Notes: a model not told the origin generated them from the sequence alone. DNA of 34,659 nucleotides from a virus (IMGVR_UViG_3300032330_000130:1-34659), one strand, 5' to 3'; shown: positions 19,951 through 29,359, counted from the first letter of the stretch. Translations and numbers: made by a program.

Positions 19951-21519
19951 ATGGCTGATCTTTCATTCAATGTAAATTACGCCAAACCCCAGACTACAAG
20001 TCTTGGGGACATGGTGAACATGGCTTCTGGAATGCAAAATTTCCAACAAGCACAACAGCTAAATCCTTTGGAGTTAGAAAAAAAGCAGATTGAAAATCAA
20101 GTGTTGCGTCAGAAAAATGATGAGCGTTTAAAAATGCAACAGTTCATTCAAAACCCAGACAACTGGCAAACTGATGGAATAATGGATTTAAAAAAGATCA
20201 ATAAATTAGCTGACATTGCGCCATTGACAGGGCCTGAAAGAATCAAAGAACTAACAGGACTTCACACAGATCAGTCTAATGCTACAAAAGCAAGACAAGA
20301 TTTAACAAAGCAACAAAGAGCGCAAGTGGCTGATGTTAAAAGCGCTTTAGGTTTTGCTGGAGTAAATGACCCTAAACAAGTCATTAAAGCGTATCAAGGG
20401 TTTATTGATAGAAGCCCTGATGATCCTGAAATTCACAGATTGTTGAATGCTGAAATTAAATTGTTGAGTAGGGCAGAGGCTGGCCCACACATCACCAAAG
20501 ATTTGATGACTGAGGCTGGCATGGCTTTGCCTCAAGAAACTCAACGCACAACTTTTGCACAAAAGCCGGGTCTTGCTTCTGTGGGCGGTGGTACAGCAGA
20601 AACCCTTACTACGCCAGCAGGAATTGGCGGTGAAGCGCCAAGCACGAAATTTACAGGCAATGTTGAGCCTAATATTCTTGGCCCCAACATTGTTGAATTG
20701 AATGGCATTAAATATGTTGCTATGCCCTCCAAAGTGCCGGGCGGTCAGCCTACCCTTACCCGCGTAGGTGCTGAAGGTGAAGCTGGTGCGCCACAAGGTC
20801 AACAACAGGGTAACGTGGCACAACCTAATGTTCAACAACGTCCGTCTTTGGTTGTGGAAGATATGCCCGTTCCTAGAGGCGGCATTCCGCAGTTAAACAC
20901 GTTCCAACAAGCACGTTTGGAATCAGGTACAAATTTAATTAAGCAATCTGTTGAAACGGCTAATGCCGCAACAGAAGGCGAAGAAACATCACGCCAGATT
21001 AAAAACTATATAAATGCGACTGCTGGAAGCGCCCCCGGTCAAATGCTACGCAAAGCTGGAAAATGGGTTGCTGGTGATCCACAACTTGAAATTCTTAGCA
21101 AAAACTTGGCTGACCAACAACTGCGTAACATGAAATTGATGGGCGCGAAAACTGATGCCGCTGACGCAGACGTTAAAGCCGCAAGCGGTAATGTTGATTT
21201 GACCCGTGAAGGTTTGCAAGCCATTGTGGACAGAACTGATGCAAGCAATACTGCTGTCAAAGCGTTCCAAAAAGGCTTAAAAAGATACACAGACCAAGGC
21301 TTAAATGGTATTGTTCATGCTGACAAATTTAAAGAAGCATGGGCAGATAATTATGATGTTCGTGTGTTTAAAGCAATGAACATAATGAATTCAAATCTGT
21401 CGCAAGCACAAAGACAATTGGAACAACAGAAAATCCTTAAAGGTTTGACTAATGCCCAATTGAAAGAATTGCAAGAAAAAGCTACAAATATTGAGCGCTT
21501 ACAAAACGGTGGACGATAA
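19951..21519 (+). CDS. DNA ejection/internal virion protein (P22 gp20 position)
   Basis: Helical Q/K-rich 522 aa protein between the two other ejection genes. Confidence 0.6.
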   Translation: MADLSFNVNYAKPQTTSLGDMVNMASGMQNFQQAQQLNPLELEKKQIENQVLRQKNDERLKMQQFIQNPDNWQTDGIMDLKKINKLADIAPLTGPERIKELTGLHTDQSNATKARQDLTKQQRAQVADVKSALGFAGVNDPKQVIKAYQGFIDRSPDDPEIHRLLNAEIKLLSRAEAGPHITKDLMTEAGMALPQETQRTTFAQKPGLASVGGGTAETLTTPAGIGGEAPSTKFTGNVEPNILGPNIVELNGIKYVAMPSKVPGGQPTLTRVGAEGEAGAPQGQQQGNVAQPNVQQRPSLVVEDMPVPRGGIPQLNTFQQARLESGTNLIKQSVETANAATEGEETSRQIKNYINATAGSAPGQMLRKAGKWVAGDPQLEILSKNLADQQLRNMKLMGAKTDAADADVKAASGNVDLTREGLQAIVDRTDASNTAVKAFQKGLKRYTDQGLNGIVHADKFKEAWADNYDVRVFKAMNIMNSNLSQAQRQLEQQKILKGLTNAQLKELQEKATNIERLQNGGR

Positions 21520-23996
21520 TGGCACTTGCTGATTTCTTTACCAGACCTAGTTCAGAAACGCCAAGCGAGGGTGGTTTAAGCCCTGATTTGGCAGACCGCC
21601 TTGAACAAGCCAAAGCCGCTTATCAAAAGCAGTATGGCAAGCCTTTGCCTATTACCAGCGGGTTTAGGACTAAAGAGGAACAGCAACGGTTGTTTGATCA
21701 GCGTAAAAACAATCCTAACTTGGTAGCCGCCCCCGGCACTAGCTTGCACGAATCTGGCAACGCTGTGGACATTGGCACAAGCGTTCCTGAAGCGTTTTTA
21801 AACCAATTTGGCATACACCGCCCATTGGGTAAAAAAGACCCCGTTCACGCTGTTCTGATGCCCTCTCAAGCACCCTCTGAAGGCGGCTTGGCTTCTTTCT
21901 TTACCCGCCCAGAGGGTGAGCAAGCGCCTAAAGAACAAGATTTAACAAAACCGTTTGTTGGTTATCGCCCGATGCGTAGCCAAGCCGCTATTCAAGCACA
22001 GCAAGCTGGTTCGCCTGAAATGCAACAAGCTGGTCAAGAAAGAGCTAAAGAAAGCAATTTTTTGCGTGACTTGGCTTTAGGTGGTGCTTCATTGGCTGAC
22101 CAAACTATTGGCGGTATTTTGCCTATGGCGGGTCAAGTTACCCAAGCGGTAGCAAGACCGTTTACCACTCCGCAACGTGCTGAAGAACTTGGTGTCGCTG
22201 TTACATCAGCCCTTGAAAAACCATTTGGTAAAACTTTGGGCGCTATGGGTGTTGGTCAAGGTACAGAAAGCCCCGCCTACAAACAAGAACTGATGCGCTC
22301 TGTAATGGACGCATTTGCCAAAAATGGTGTTGAGCCAACTGCTGAATTGATTGCACAGAAAACTGGTCTGCCAATTGAAGATGTGCGTAATATGCTTGGC
22401 ACGACAATGATTGGTGTTGCGCCTACTGTTGGCAAATATGGTGCAAAAGGTTTTAATGCGGCAAGGGAAGTTGTTGGTGATGTTAGATCACAAATGCAAC
22501 AACAATTAGCCGCTAGACAGGGACAACCACAAGCACAACCAAGCGGAATGCAAAGCGCTGGTGCGGCCGCGACTATGCCAGAAAACGTCTTGCGCGGCAA
22601 CATTGATGCGGCTATCGCTCAATCAAGCCCTGAGTTACAGGCTCATGTTAAAACACTCAACCCAAGGGCTGTAGACATACCGTCTTTAGAAACCCGCAGT
22701 CTTGAAGATAAGCATGGCGTTAACTTGTCAGTAGGACAACGCACAGGCGATACAGGGCTTTATTCTCAAGAATGGAATAAACGTGGCGAAACTAAAATAT
22801 TGGAAAATCATTTTAATGAACAACCAAAACAGTTTAAAGCCGCGTTTGAAAATTCAATTAGACGCAATGCGCCTGATATTAACGAAATTGATCCTAGTGC
22901 CATTGGACAAGTTCAAATCAATGCGTTAGCCGCTAAAGATCAAATCCGCAGAACAGCTATTTCTGACGCATACAAAGCATTAGAAGATGCCAATGGCGGT
23001 CAATTCCCTATTGATATTTCAAAGCTAAAAGCCAACATAAACAACGAATTAAAAAGCAAACTAAAATTTAACGCTTATGAAGATAAGTTAGGCACAATCA
23101 AAAAAGACATTGACAGTCTAATTGAAAAAGGAAACATGACGTTTTCTGATTTTGAAAATCTTAGAACAAACTTAGCTGATGAATTGCGATCCAATGGAAA
23201 TGGAACGGCAAGGCAAGCCGCTTACATTGTTCGTGACCAATTAGAAAAGTTACCTATTTTTGGTGAAGAAACTGGAAGCCCACAAGCTATTCAACTTAAA
23301 GCATTAGCTGACAAAGCACGTTCTTTAAATAAAGAGCGCATGGATGTTATCAAGTCAAATCCAGCATACAAATCTGCTGTTAAAGAATCTAGCACTTTAG
23401 AAGATGCGGCATCACAAGGTGAAAGTCTTAACGCTGAAAAGTTCCATGATAAATTTGTCACCAAAGGAACGCCAGAGTCTATTCGTAGAATGAAAGCTGA
23501 ATTGGCAGACGATCCACAAGCTGTTCAATCAATGGTTGCGGGTGAATTACGTCAAGCTATGCGTAAAGCTGGATTGGCAACTGATACACCTGATTTAAAC
23601 CCAAAACAGTTAGCCAATTACATATACGATAACAAGGGACGTTTGCAAGAGGCGCTTGGCCCTGAAGGTATGAAAGACCTAATGGAACTGACAGCGCTTT
23701 CTAGTAAAGTTGGAATGCCCAAAACAGGCACATTTAACTATTCAAATTCGTTTAGTTCTATGTTGGCTGAAATGGCTAAACAAGGCATTCAAAGCGCTAC
23801 TGAAGCAAAGTTAGCCGCCATGACTAGCGGTGCATCTATTCCAGCTATGTCACTTGGCAAACAATTTATGGGTAAACTAAACAAAGAAGGTTTTGCGCGA
23901 CAAGCTGTGAATCCTTATGGTGGTTTAACCAAAGATTTAAACGCGCCTCAAAAACCCGTAAAAATTGATTTATCTGGAATGGCGAACAAGGAATAA
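21519..23996 (+). CDS. Large ejection protein (P22 gp16 position) with an N-terminal M15-family peptidoglycan peptidase
   Basis: ITSGFRT.EEQ..L...APGTSLHESGNAVDI...DPVH fits the SxHxxGxAxD...H zinc motif. Confidence 0.8.
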   Translation: MALADFFTRPSSETPSEGGLSPDLADRLEQAKAAYQKQYGKPLPITSGFRTKEEQQRLFDQRKNNPNLVAAPGTSLHESGNAVDIGTSVPEAFLNQFGIHRPLGKKDPVHAVLMPSQAPSEGGLASFFTRPEGEQAPKEQDLTKPFVGYRPMRSQAAIQAQQAGSPEMQQAGQERAKESNFLRDLALGGASLADQTIGGILPMAGQVTQAVARPFTTPQRAEELGVAVTSALEKPFGKTLGAMGVGQGTESPAYKQELMRSVMDAFAKNGVEPTAELIAQKTGLPIEDVRNMLGTTMIGVAPTVGKYGAKGFNAAREVVGDVRSQMQQQLAARQGQPQAQPSGMQSAGAAATMPENVLRGNIDAAIAQSSPELQAHVKTLNPRAVDIPSLETRSLEDKHGVNLSVGQRTGDTGLYSQEWNKRGETKILENHFNEQPKQFKAAFENSIRRNAPDINEIDPSAIGQVQINALAAKDQIRRTAISDAYKALEDANGGQFPIDISKLKANINNELKSKLKFNAYEDKLGTIKKDIDSLIEKGNMTFSDFENLRTNLADELRSNGNGTARQAAYIVRDQLEKLPIFGEETGSPQAIQLKALADKARSLNKERMDVIKSNPAYKSAVKESSTLEDAASQGESLNAEKFHDKFVTKGTPESIRRMKAELADDPQAVQSMVAGELRQAMRKAGLATDTPDLNPKQLANYIYDNKGRLQEALGPEGMKDLMELTALSSKVGMPKTGTFNYSNSFSSMLAEMAKQGIQSATEAKLAAMTSGASIPAMSLGKQFMGKLNKEGFARQAVNPYGGLTKDLNAPQKPVKIDLSGMANKE

Positions 23997-23998
23997 AT

Positions 23999-24541
23999 AT
24001 GGCAGTCAATCTTTCCCCTATTGGTAACGGTTTTCAATTCTTTACCAACACAGGACTCCCTTTAAATGGTGGGTATATCTACACTTACCAAGCGGGTTCT
24101 ACGACTCCTCTGACCACTTACACGACTTCAGCGGGTACGATTGCTAACACCAATCCCATTCAATTGGGAACAAGCGGTCGCCCCCCACAAGAGATTTGGT
24201 TGACTGAAGGTTATTCATACAAGTTCATCTTGACCGATTCTGACAATGTTCAGATTGCCACATACGACAATCTTTATGGCATCTTGGGAACTAGCGCAAG
24301 CACAAGCCCAATCCCATCAGGAAGCATCATTATGTGGTCAGGCTCTATTGGTGCTATTCCTACGGGATATTACTTATGCAATGGCTCTAATGGCACACCA
24401 GACTTGAGAGACAAGTTTGTAGTGGGTGCGGGTAACACCTATGCTGTGGGCAATACAGGCGGTTTTACTGCGGCTTCCACAAGTTCTGGCGGTACTTATT
24501 TACCCCTTTACTATGCGCTTGCGTTTATCCAGAAAGCCTGA
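23999..24541 (+). CDS. Short tailspike-type anchor plus tail-collar protein
   Basis: QFF...G.PL.GG.IYTY.AGSTTP..TY...NTNPI.L N-terminal domain; PSGSIIMWSG..IPTGYYLCNG.NGTPDLRDKF collar motif. Confidence 0.75.
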   Translation: MAVNLSPIGNGFQFFTNTGLPLNGGYIYTYQAGSTTPLTTYTTSAGTIANTNPIQLGTSGRPPQEIWLTEGYSYKFILTDSDNVQIATYDNLYGILGTSASTSPIPSGSIIMWSGSIGAIPTGYYLCNGSNGTPDLRDKFVVGAGNTYAVGNTGGFTAASTSSGGTYLPLYYALAFIQKA

Positions 24542-24542
24542 A

Positions 24543-24746
24543 ATGTCTGACATTGATTTGGTCAAATACGGGGTTCTTTGGCAAAAAGTTGAATCTATGG
24601 AAGCCAAGATTGATAAGATGGAAGCCCAACTTGAAACCCTGATTGAGTTAGCCAACAAAGGTCGCGGTGGATTTTGGATGGGCATGGCATTTGTGTCTGC
24701 AACTTCTACAGTTCTTGGTTACATTTCACACTATTGGTCAAAGTAA
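24543..24746 (+). CDS. Coiled-coil plus C-terminal TM protein (holin/XhlA-like lysis accessory)
   Basis: Start MSDIDLVKYG; LANKGRGGFW followed by a TM segment. Confidence 0.6.
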   Translation: MSDIDLVKYGVLWQKVESMEAKIDKMEAQLETLIELANKGRGGFWMGMAFVSATSTVLGYISHYWSK

Positions 24747-24750
24747 ATGA

Positions 24751-25038
24751 ATGCGCTGGCTCATACTTCTTTTGTTGCTTGGGCTAGTTGGTGCAGTAGC
24801 CAAGAATGGCTGTCACGTTAGAGAGTTTTATGGGATTGCCTACACGATCCATGATCCCACACAGCGTCATAAGGAAATGATGGCATGGCTAGATCAAAAT
24901 GCGGGGCATTGCAAGGCAACAGATTACACGGTTATTTGGAACAATTTGGCAGAATGGGCGGGATCAGCGGATTCCACATTTTTAAGGGCTAAAGTTGTTC
25001 ATGGGTACAAGGATGCAATTGAGCGTGAAAAGAAATGA
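24751..25038 (+). CDS. Exported hypothetical protein
   Basis: Signal-peptide-like MRWLILLLLLGLVGAVA; two Cys. Confidence 0.65.
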   Translation: MRWLILLLLLGLVGAVAKNGCHVREFYGIAYTIHDPTQRHKEMMAWLDQNAGHCKATDYTVIWNNLAEWAGSADSTFLRAKVVHGYKDAIEREKK

Positions 25039-25271
25039 TCGACACAATCAAATTATTTCCAACTGTTCAACCGTCTGGGTATCCAGATAAGCATGACCTT
25101 GCCCAAAAGAAATTGGAAAAACAGCATGAAATGAACAAAGCAAATGAATTGGCTAAACAACAGCAAACTCAATTGCAAGACATAGGCTTTGAGATTTATT
25201 GCAAAAGGTCAGTTCAAGAGCGCCTCCGCATGGAAATATTCCAAAACCGTAAACTGGATATTTATGTATGA
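25035..25271 (+). CDS. Hypothetical protein
   Basis: ATGA-coupled on both sides. Confidence 0.6.
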   Translation: MIDTIKLFPTVQPSGYPDKHDLAQKKLEKQHEMNKANELAKQQQTQLQDIGFEIYCKRSVQERLRMEIFQNRKLDIYV

Positions 25272-25540
25272 CCAAGAAGCCCGAAGCACCAATACCAGAC
25301 ACAAAAGAGAAGCTGACGCTGTACGTCACGTTGATGGTAAGCACAACCCTGTGCATTTGCGTCTTGGCTATGGTAATCGCCTTTCTCCTTGGATTGTGGG
25401 CAAAACAGGTGGACAATCACGAGATATTCAAGATGCTTTCACCCGCTTTTTCTACTCTTATAGGCGGCATGATTGGATTCCTGTCTGGTATCAAACTGAT
25501 GGCAGATGACGATAAACCTAGACATAAATGTAAGGATTGA
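25268..25540 (+). CDS. Two-TM membrane protein (holin/antiholin candidate)
   Basis: Two hydrophobic helices, PAFSTLIGGMIGFLSGIKL. Confidence 0.65.
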   Translation: MTKKPEAPIPDTKEKLTLYVTLMVSTTLCICVLAMVIAFLLGLWAKQVDNHEIFKMLSPAFSTLIGGMIGFLSGIKLMADDDKPRHKCKD

Positions 25541-26037
25541 TCATGTTTGAAATGTTATCAGGCGGTTTATTAGGTTCAATCTTTGGCGGCATCTTTAGGA
25601 TGGCCCCTGAAGTTCTCAAGTGGCTTGATAAGAAAAACGAGCGCCAGCATGAACTGAATATGTTTAAGTTCCAATGCGACTTGGAAGCCCAACGCGGTCA
25701 GCAAAAGTTGGCTGAGATTGGCGCACAACGTGAAGCCGCTATTGATGTGGGCGTGATGGATGCCTTTCAATCAGCCATAGAACAGCAAGCAACGATGGTA
25801 AAAGCCGCGGGTGGATGGGTAGCCAGCCTTTCAGCTTCTGTGCGTCCTATGGTCACTTATTGGGTTTTGTTTGTCTGGTCATTTATTCATGTCTGGTTTG
25901 CTTACAACGCATGGTTAGCTGGTGCGCCATCAGTAGAAGTATTTAAAACCATGATGACCCCTGACTTTTCAGCTTTGTTGTCAGGAACAATCAATTACTG
26001 GTTTCTTGACCGTACATTGTCTAAGCGTGGTCTATGA
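25537..26037 (+). CDS. Holin-like protein (3TM/GTA-holin-like)
   Basis: W...LSASVRP.VTY and YWFLDRTL.K motifs; directly upstream of the endolysin. Confidence 0.7.
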   Translation: MIMFEMLSGGLLGSIFGGIFRMAPEVLKWLDKKNERQHELNMFKFQCDLEAQRGQQKLAEIGAQREAAIDVGVMDAFQSAIEQQATMVKAAGGWVASLSASVRPMVTYWVLFVWSFIHVWFAYNAWLAGAPSVEVFKTMMTPDFSALLSGTINYWFLDRTLSKRGL

Positions 26038-26477
26038 ACTTAGAGTTAGCCGCATCCCTGTGTAGGCAGTTTGAGGGGTTTAGAAGTAAACCTTATCTCT
26101 GCCCTGCGGGGATTCCTACGATTGGTTACGGCTCAACCTACTATTCTGACAAACGCAAAGTGACCTTGGAAGATGCGCCTATGGATGAGTCTACAGCAAG
26201 CGCTTTGTTATTAGTAGAACTGCAACACACCTATTTGCCGGGCGTTCTGCGTAATTGCCCTATACTTTTGACAGATGAACGCAAGTGCAACGCGATCGTG
26301 GATTGGTGTTACAACCTTGGGGTGGGACGTCTCCAGACTTCCACTTTAAAGCGCAAGATAAATGCACAAGATTGGGACGGGGCAAAAGAGCAATTGATGC
26401 TGTGGACTAAGGGGGGCGGCAAAGTGTTGCCGGGTCTGCTCAAGCGCAGACAAGCCGAATGCGCCCTTATTTCTTAG
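26034..26477 (+). CDS. Endolysin, GH24 phage lysozyme
   Basis: FEG....PYLCPAGIPTIGYG, YNLG, STL.RKIN, LPGL.KRRQAE. Confidence 0.95.
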   Translation: MNLELAASLCRQFEGFRSKPYLCPAGIPTIGYGSTYYSDKRKVTLEDAPMDESTASALLLVELQHTYLPGVLRNCPILLTDERKCNAIVDWCYNLGVGRLQTSTLKRKINAQDWDGAKEQLMLWTKGGGKVLPGLLKRRQAECALIS

Positions 26478-26667
26478 CCTCTTTGATAAAAATACCAAAA
26501 CTGTCAATTGTTGTTTTGCCAAAAGGAAGCGGCTGGATGCGTTTTGCGTAATCCTCAAGGGCATCGTTCCAACCAGCGTCATAAGCCGCACACACAGCGT
26601 CTATGGCGGCTTCCTGAGCGCCTGTGATGCGTAGCAAACTAATTAGATCGTCTTTGGTCATTTGCAC
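26467..26667 (-). CDS. Hypothetical protein (start may be 26661)
   Basis: AYDAGWNDALE phage early-gene pattern; AAGGAG RBS. Confidence 0.6.
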   Translation of the reverse strand: MQMTKDDLISLLRITGAQEAAIDAVCAAYDAGWNDALEDYAKRIQPLPFGKTTIDSFGIFIKEAKK

Positions 26668-26833
26668 TCCTTTGGTGTCTGCCTATTTTCCTAGCAATCC
26701 AACAAGATTGGCAAATCCACTTATGCCCCATGTCAATGCCCCCCTCTGGAGGCTTGACTTCATCACATTTGTTGCAACATTTTAATTTGTGGACGGGCTG
26801 GTTGCCGTTTAGTCCGAGTGGATACATTGCCAT
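26639..26833 (-). CDS. Small zinc-finger protein
   Basis: CNKC...WICQSC. Confidence 0.6.
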   Translation of the reverse strand: MAMYPLGLNGNQPVHKLKCCNKCDEVKPPEGGIDMGHKWICQSCWIARKIGRHQRSANDQRRSN

Positions 26834-27135
26834 TCTCTTTCATTTCTTCCTGAATTGGATTTAACTGTGTTGCCTGTTAGCTGGATAAGACCAATGACTT
26901 TCATTTCATTGAGCCGCCTAGCCACTTGATTACCGTCTAGCATTGTCAAAGCCGAGATGCCATCTTTACCGAGTGGCCCGTAAAACTTCAAGCAATTAAA
27001 AATAACTTGGTGGTGTTGCGGTGCAACATCTTTAATTGACTCCGCGGCTTCAAACGATGTAAGGGGATCATTCGCACGAACTCTTGGGAATTCGGGCATG
27101 GCAAAAATGCGTTTAAATGTTTCTTTATAGTCCAT
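26809..27135 (-). CDS. Winged-HTH-like DNA-binding protein
   Basis: Start MDYKETF with AAGGA RBS; R..DP.TS.EAA and VARRLNEM...G.I...G......SGR..REW motifs. Confidence 0.65.
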   Translation of the reverse strand: MDYKETFKRIFAMPEFPRVRANDPLTSFEAAESIKDVAPQHHQVIFNCLKFYGPLGKDGISALTMLDGNQVARRLNEMKVIGLIQLTGNTVKSNSGRNEREWQCIHSD

Positions 27136-27153
27136 GATGTGTCCTTGTTGGGT

Positions 27154-27210
27154 GGGGGTACTAACTGCTCGTCCGCAAGCTAGGATTACCCTTTGCACAG
27201 CTTTCCCCCC
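27154..27210 (-). ncRNA. Candidate structured RNA hairpin with a loop-E/sarcin-ricin-type motif
   Basis: Minus strand GGGG-GAA-AGCUG...CAGUU-AGUA-CCCC with inner UGCAA/UUGCG and AGG/CCU stems. Confidence 0.5.
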
Positions 27211-27216
27211 GTAAAC

Positions 27217-27444
27217 TTAAAAATCTATGTCATCGTCTTTTGGCAGACCTTTGTAGCTTTCCTCTGGATCATTTAAAAATGCCCGTCCATCCCAATCTTT
27301 AAACGGCATTAAATCAAGAACAAGCATTTCACCAGTTTTGGTTTCAATAATGCTACCAATGGTGCGATAACGGTGTTTTGTTTTGCCATCTTTATCTGTG
27401 TAAGAGCCTACAGAGGCTTTGACAATTTTTAAAGTTTTAGACAT
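27217..27444 (-). CDS. Small single-stranded DNA-binding-like protein
   Basis: GSYTDKDGKTK.RY..IG beta-hairpin; acidic SSB-like tail DDDIDF; follows Sak and exonuclease. Confidence 0.65.
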   Translation of the reverse strand: MSKTLKIVKASVGSYTDKDGKTKHRYRTIGSIIETKTGEMLVLDLMPFKDWDGRAFLNDPEESYKGLPKDDDIDF

Positions 27445-28069
27445 TTTTGACTTTCATAAGTTTGTTGATTTTTTCATCCAGTTCAGCAAGGAATTGGATA
27501 ATTTCTGCCTCCATTAGCCTGATATACATATCGTCCCTTGGGACACGTTTAACAAACAACTGAAGTTCTGCGGGTAAGCGATTGTCAAAGCTGACAAAAT
27601 CACACCAGCTACGGTCTGTGCAAGCCATTTGGAATTGCATTTGCGTGTTGTATTTGTTTGGCACAGTCTGACTAAGCAAAGTCTCAATGTGCGTGGCTGT
27701 ATTGGGGCATTTGATTTCTAACAAACCATCATCCCCCACAAGCCCGTCAGGGGACGCACCAGCCATTTCAATTGTGGGATGGGGTACAAACCCCACTTCA
27801 TCCACTAAAACGTCTTTGAGCGACTCATAAGCGGCTCTGGCAAGGGGTTCTGTTTCTGTACCCCATTGCATAGCTGAGTTTGTAAAACCCTCTGCTTTTT
27901 GACCCGTTAGGCGTTCACACACTAATTGAGCCATGTAGTTTTCGCGGCTGGCGCTAAAACCCGTCTTAGTTTTGGCAAGCACATCAGCCACACGGGATGC
28001 TGTGACCTTACCAATCCGAATGGTGAACCATTGGTCTGACCCTTGGACTATTTCATGCAAATCGATCAT
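27437..28069 (-). CDS. YqaJ/lambda-exonuclease family recombination nuclease
   Basis: QGSDQWF..RIGKVTAS, MQWGTETEP.AR, GASPDGLV...LLEIKCP, QMQFQM; start MIDLHE with AAGGA RBS. Confidence 0.93.
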   Translation of the reverse strand: MIDLHEIVQGSDQWFTIRIGKVTASRVADVLAKTKTGFSASRENYMAQLVCERLTGQKAEGFTNSAMQWGTETEPLARAAYESLKDVLVDEVGFVPHPTIEMAGASPDGLVGDDGLLEIKCPNTATHIETLLSQTVPNKYNTQMQFQMACTDRSWCDFVSFDNRLPAELQLFVKRVPRDDMYIRLMEAEIIQFLAELDEKINKLMKVKNV

Positions 28070-28532
28070 ATAGTTCCTTTCTTTTAACTTGGTACACATT
28101 GCTTGCTTGTTCTGGGGTATCAAATGCATTTAAATGTATTTGTTTTCCATAGAATGAAATTCTTGCTGAAAACCTACCAGAACAATTTACACGCACACCC
28201 ATTGGCAAATTGGTTGTTCTTTTTCTAGTTTTATGATTCCAACTGTTTTCAGTTATGGTTGCTTTTCTTAAATTTTCAGGTCTGTCATCTAATGAATTGC
28301 CATTGATGTGATCTAGACAAGGTTTAGGCCAGTCACCATGTGTTAAAAAATAAACAAGGTGACCACGTTTATATTTTTTCTTATTTAATTGAATAACCCA
28401 ATAATGTTTGTTGCCTCTACTTTTTTGACTAGAGCCAGCTTCTTTGTTTAACAAATCAGGATGTTTTTTAGGTGGATTGATCCAATAAAACTGACCCGTT
28501 GTTTTTTCAAAACGCAAGTATTTTTCAATCAT
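28053..28532 (-). CDS. HNH homing endonuclease with AP2-like domain
   Basis: LDHINGNSLDDRPENLR followed by GV....GRFSARI...GKQIHL..FDTPEQA; AT-rich. Confidence 0.9.
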   Translation of the reverse strand: MIEKYLRFEKTTGQFYWINPPKKHPDLLNKEAGSSQKSRGNKHYWVIQLNKKKYKRGHLVYFLTHGDWPKPCLDHINGNSLDDRPENLRKATITENSWNHKTRKRTTNLPMGVRVNCSGRFSARISFYGKQIHLNAFDTPEQASNVYQVKRKELYDRFA

Positions 28533-28621
28533 CTTGGTGCATCCTCATAGTTATCTGGATTGAACTTGGGGCGCTTTGTCCCCTTGTCCATTGGGTTTGG
28601 GAATGGTGGGAAAGGCCACAT
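28529..28621 (-). CDS. 30-aa proline-rich peptide (not in ORF track)
   Basis: MWPFPPFPNPMDKGTKRPKFNPDNYEDAPR*; coupled by TAATG to sak and by ATGA to the HNH gene. Confidence 0.65.
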   Translation of the reverse strand: MWPFPPFPNPMDKGTKRPKFNPDNYEDAPR

Positions 28622-29175
28622 TACAGTTTCGCCTTTGCTTCATCTTTGGCGGCAATGACTTTGATCTGCCAAGCCTTGTCGCCATCACAAGCTGAATAAG
28701 CTATTTTGTAAGCCAGCTTCAATTCATCTTGTGTTTTGGCGTTGTAGATGGCCAGAAACAAGTCTGTCATGCTGTTTGGGTCAATGGTTGACTCAGGTTC
28801 ATCACCTTGCGGTAAATCATCACCAGCGTAGATGTATAGACCCAAACCATGCAAGCTGAGTGCCTTGGTCATACAGCGCATGATGGCGGTGTTGACTTGG
28901 AAAGCATCAGGGCTTTGGATTGCTTTGTTGCGGTGATCCATCACGGGTAACTGGCAAGTCATTGGCTTGTCAAACATAGTGACTGTGACCCAAACCATTG
29001 CTGTACCGTTAATGTCCATAAAACATTTGTCGCCAAACATTTCCACTTTAAACGTGGTTTTTGCATCAGCCTTGAGTGCTTCAGCCCATGCCCAAGCCCA
29101 TGACAAATAGGTAAGGTTTGCTTTCTTTTCTGTATGCTCATTGACATTCAGTTTAAGTAATTCTTGCACGTTCAT
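28621..29175 (-). CDS. sak: Sak/Rad52-like single-strand annealing protein (DUF1071)
   Basis: LNVNEHTEKK.NLTYLSWAWAW, LPVMD.RNKAI, RC.TKA...HGLGLYIYAG. Confidence 0.9.
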   Translation of the reverse strand: MNVQELLKLNVNEHTEKKANLTYLSWAWAWAEALKADAKTTFKVEMFGDKCFMDINGTAMVWVTVTMFDKPMTCQLPVMDHRNKAIQSPDAFQVNTAIMRCMTKALSLHGLGLYIYAGDDLPQGDEPESTIDPNSMTDLFLAIYNAKTQDELKLAYKIAYSACDGDKAWQIKVIAAKDEAKAKL

Positions 29176-29357
29176 GTTTCATCCTTTAAATAAGCCGTAA
29201 GGCGTTTGATTCGGTCTGAGTGATAGTCACCCATGCGCTTTGCATATTCTTGGGCACTGAGAGCCTCTAATAGCTTGCGCTGTGCCATTTCAAGTTCTTT
29301 GGCCGCTAACTCTTTGGCTGATGGCAAGCGGAAGTAATCTTTTAGTTGGTCAATCAT
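29172..29357 (-). CDS. Hypothetical helical protein
   Basis: Start MIDQLKDYF; ATGA-coupled to sak. Confidence 0.65.
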   Translation of the reverse strand: MIDQLKDYFRLPSAKELAAKELEMAQRKLLEALSAQEYAKRMGDYHSDRIKRLTAYLKDET

Positions 29358-29359
29358 GT

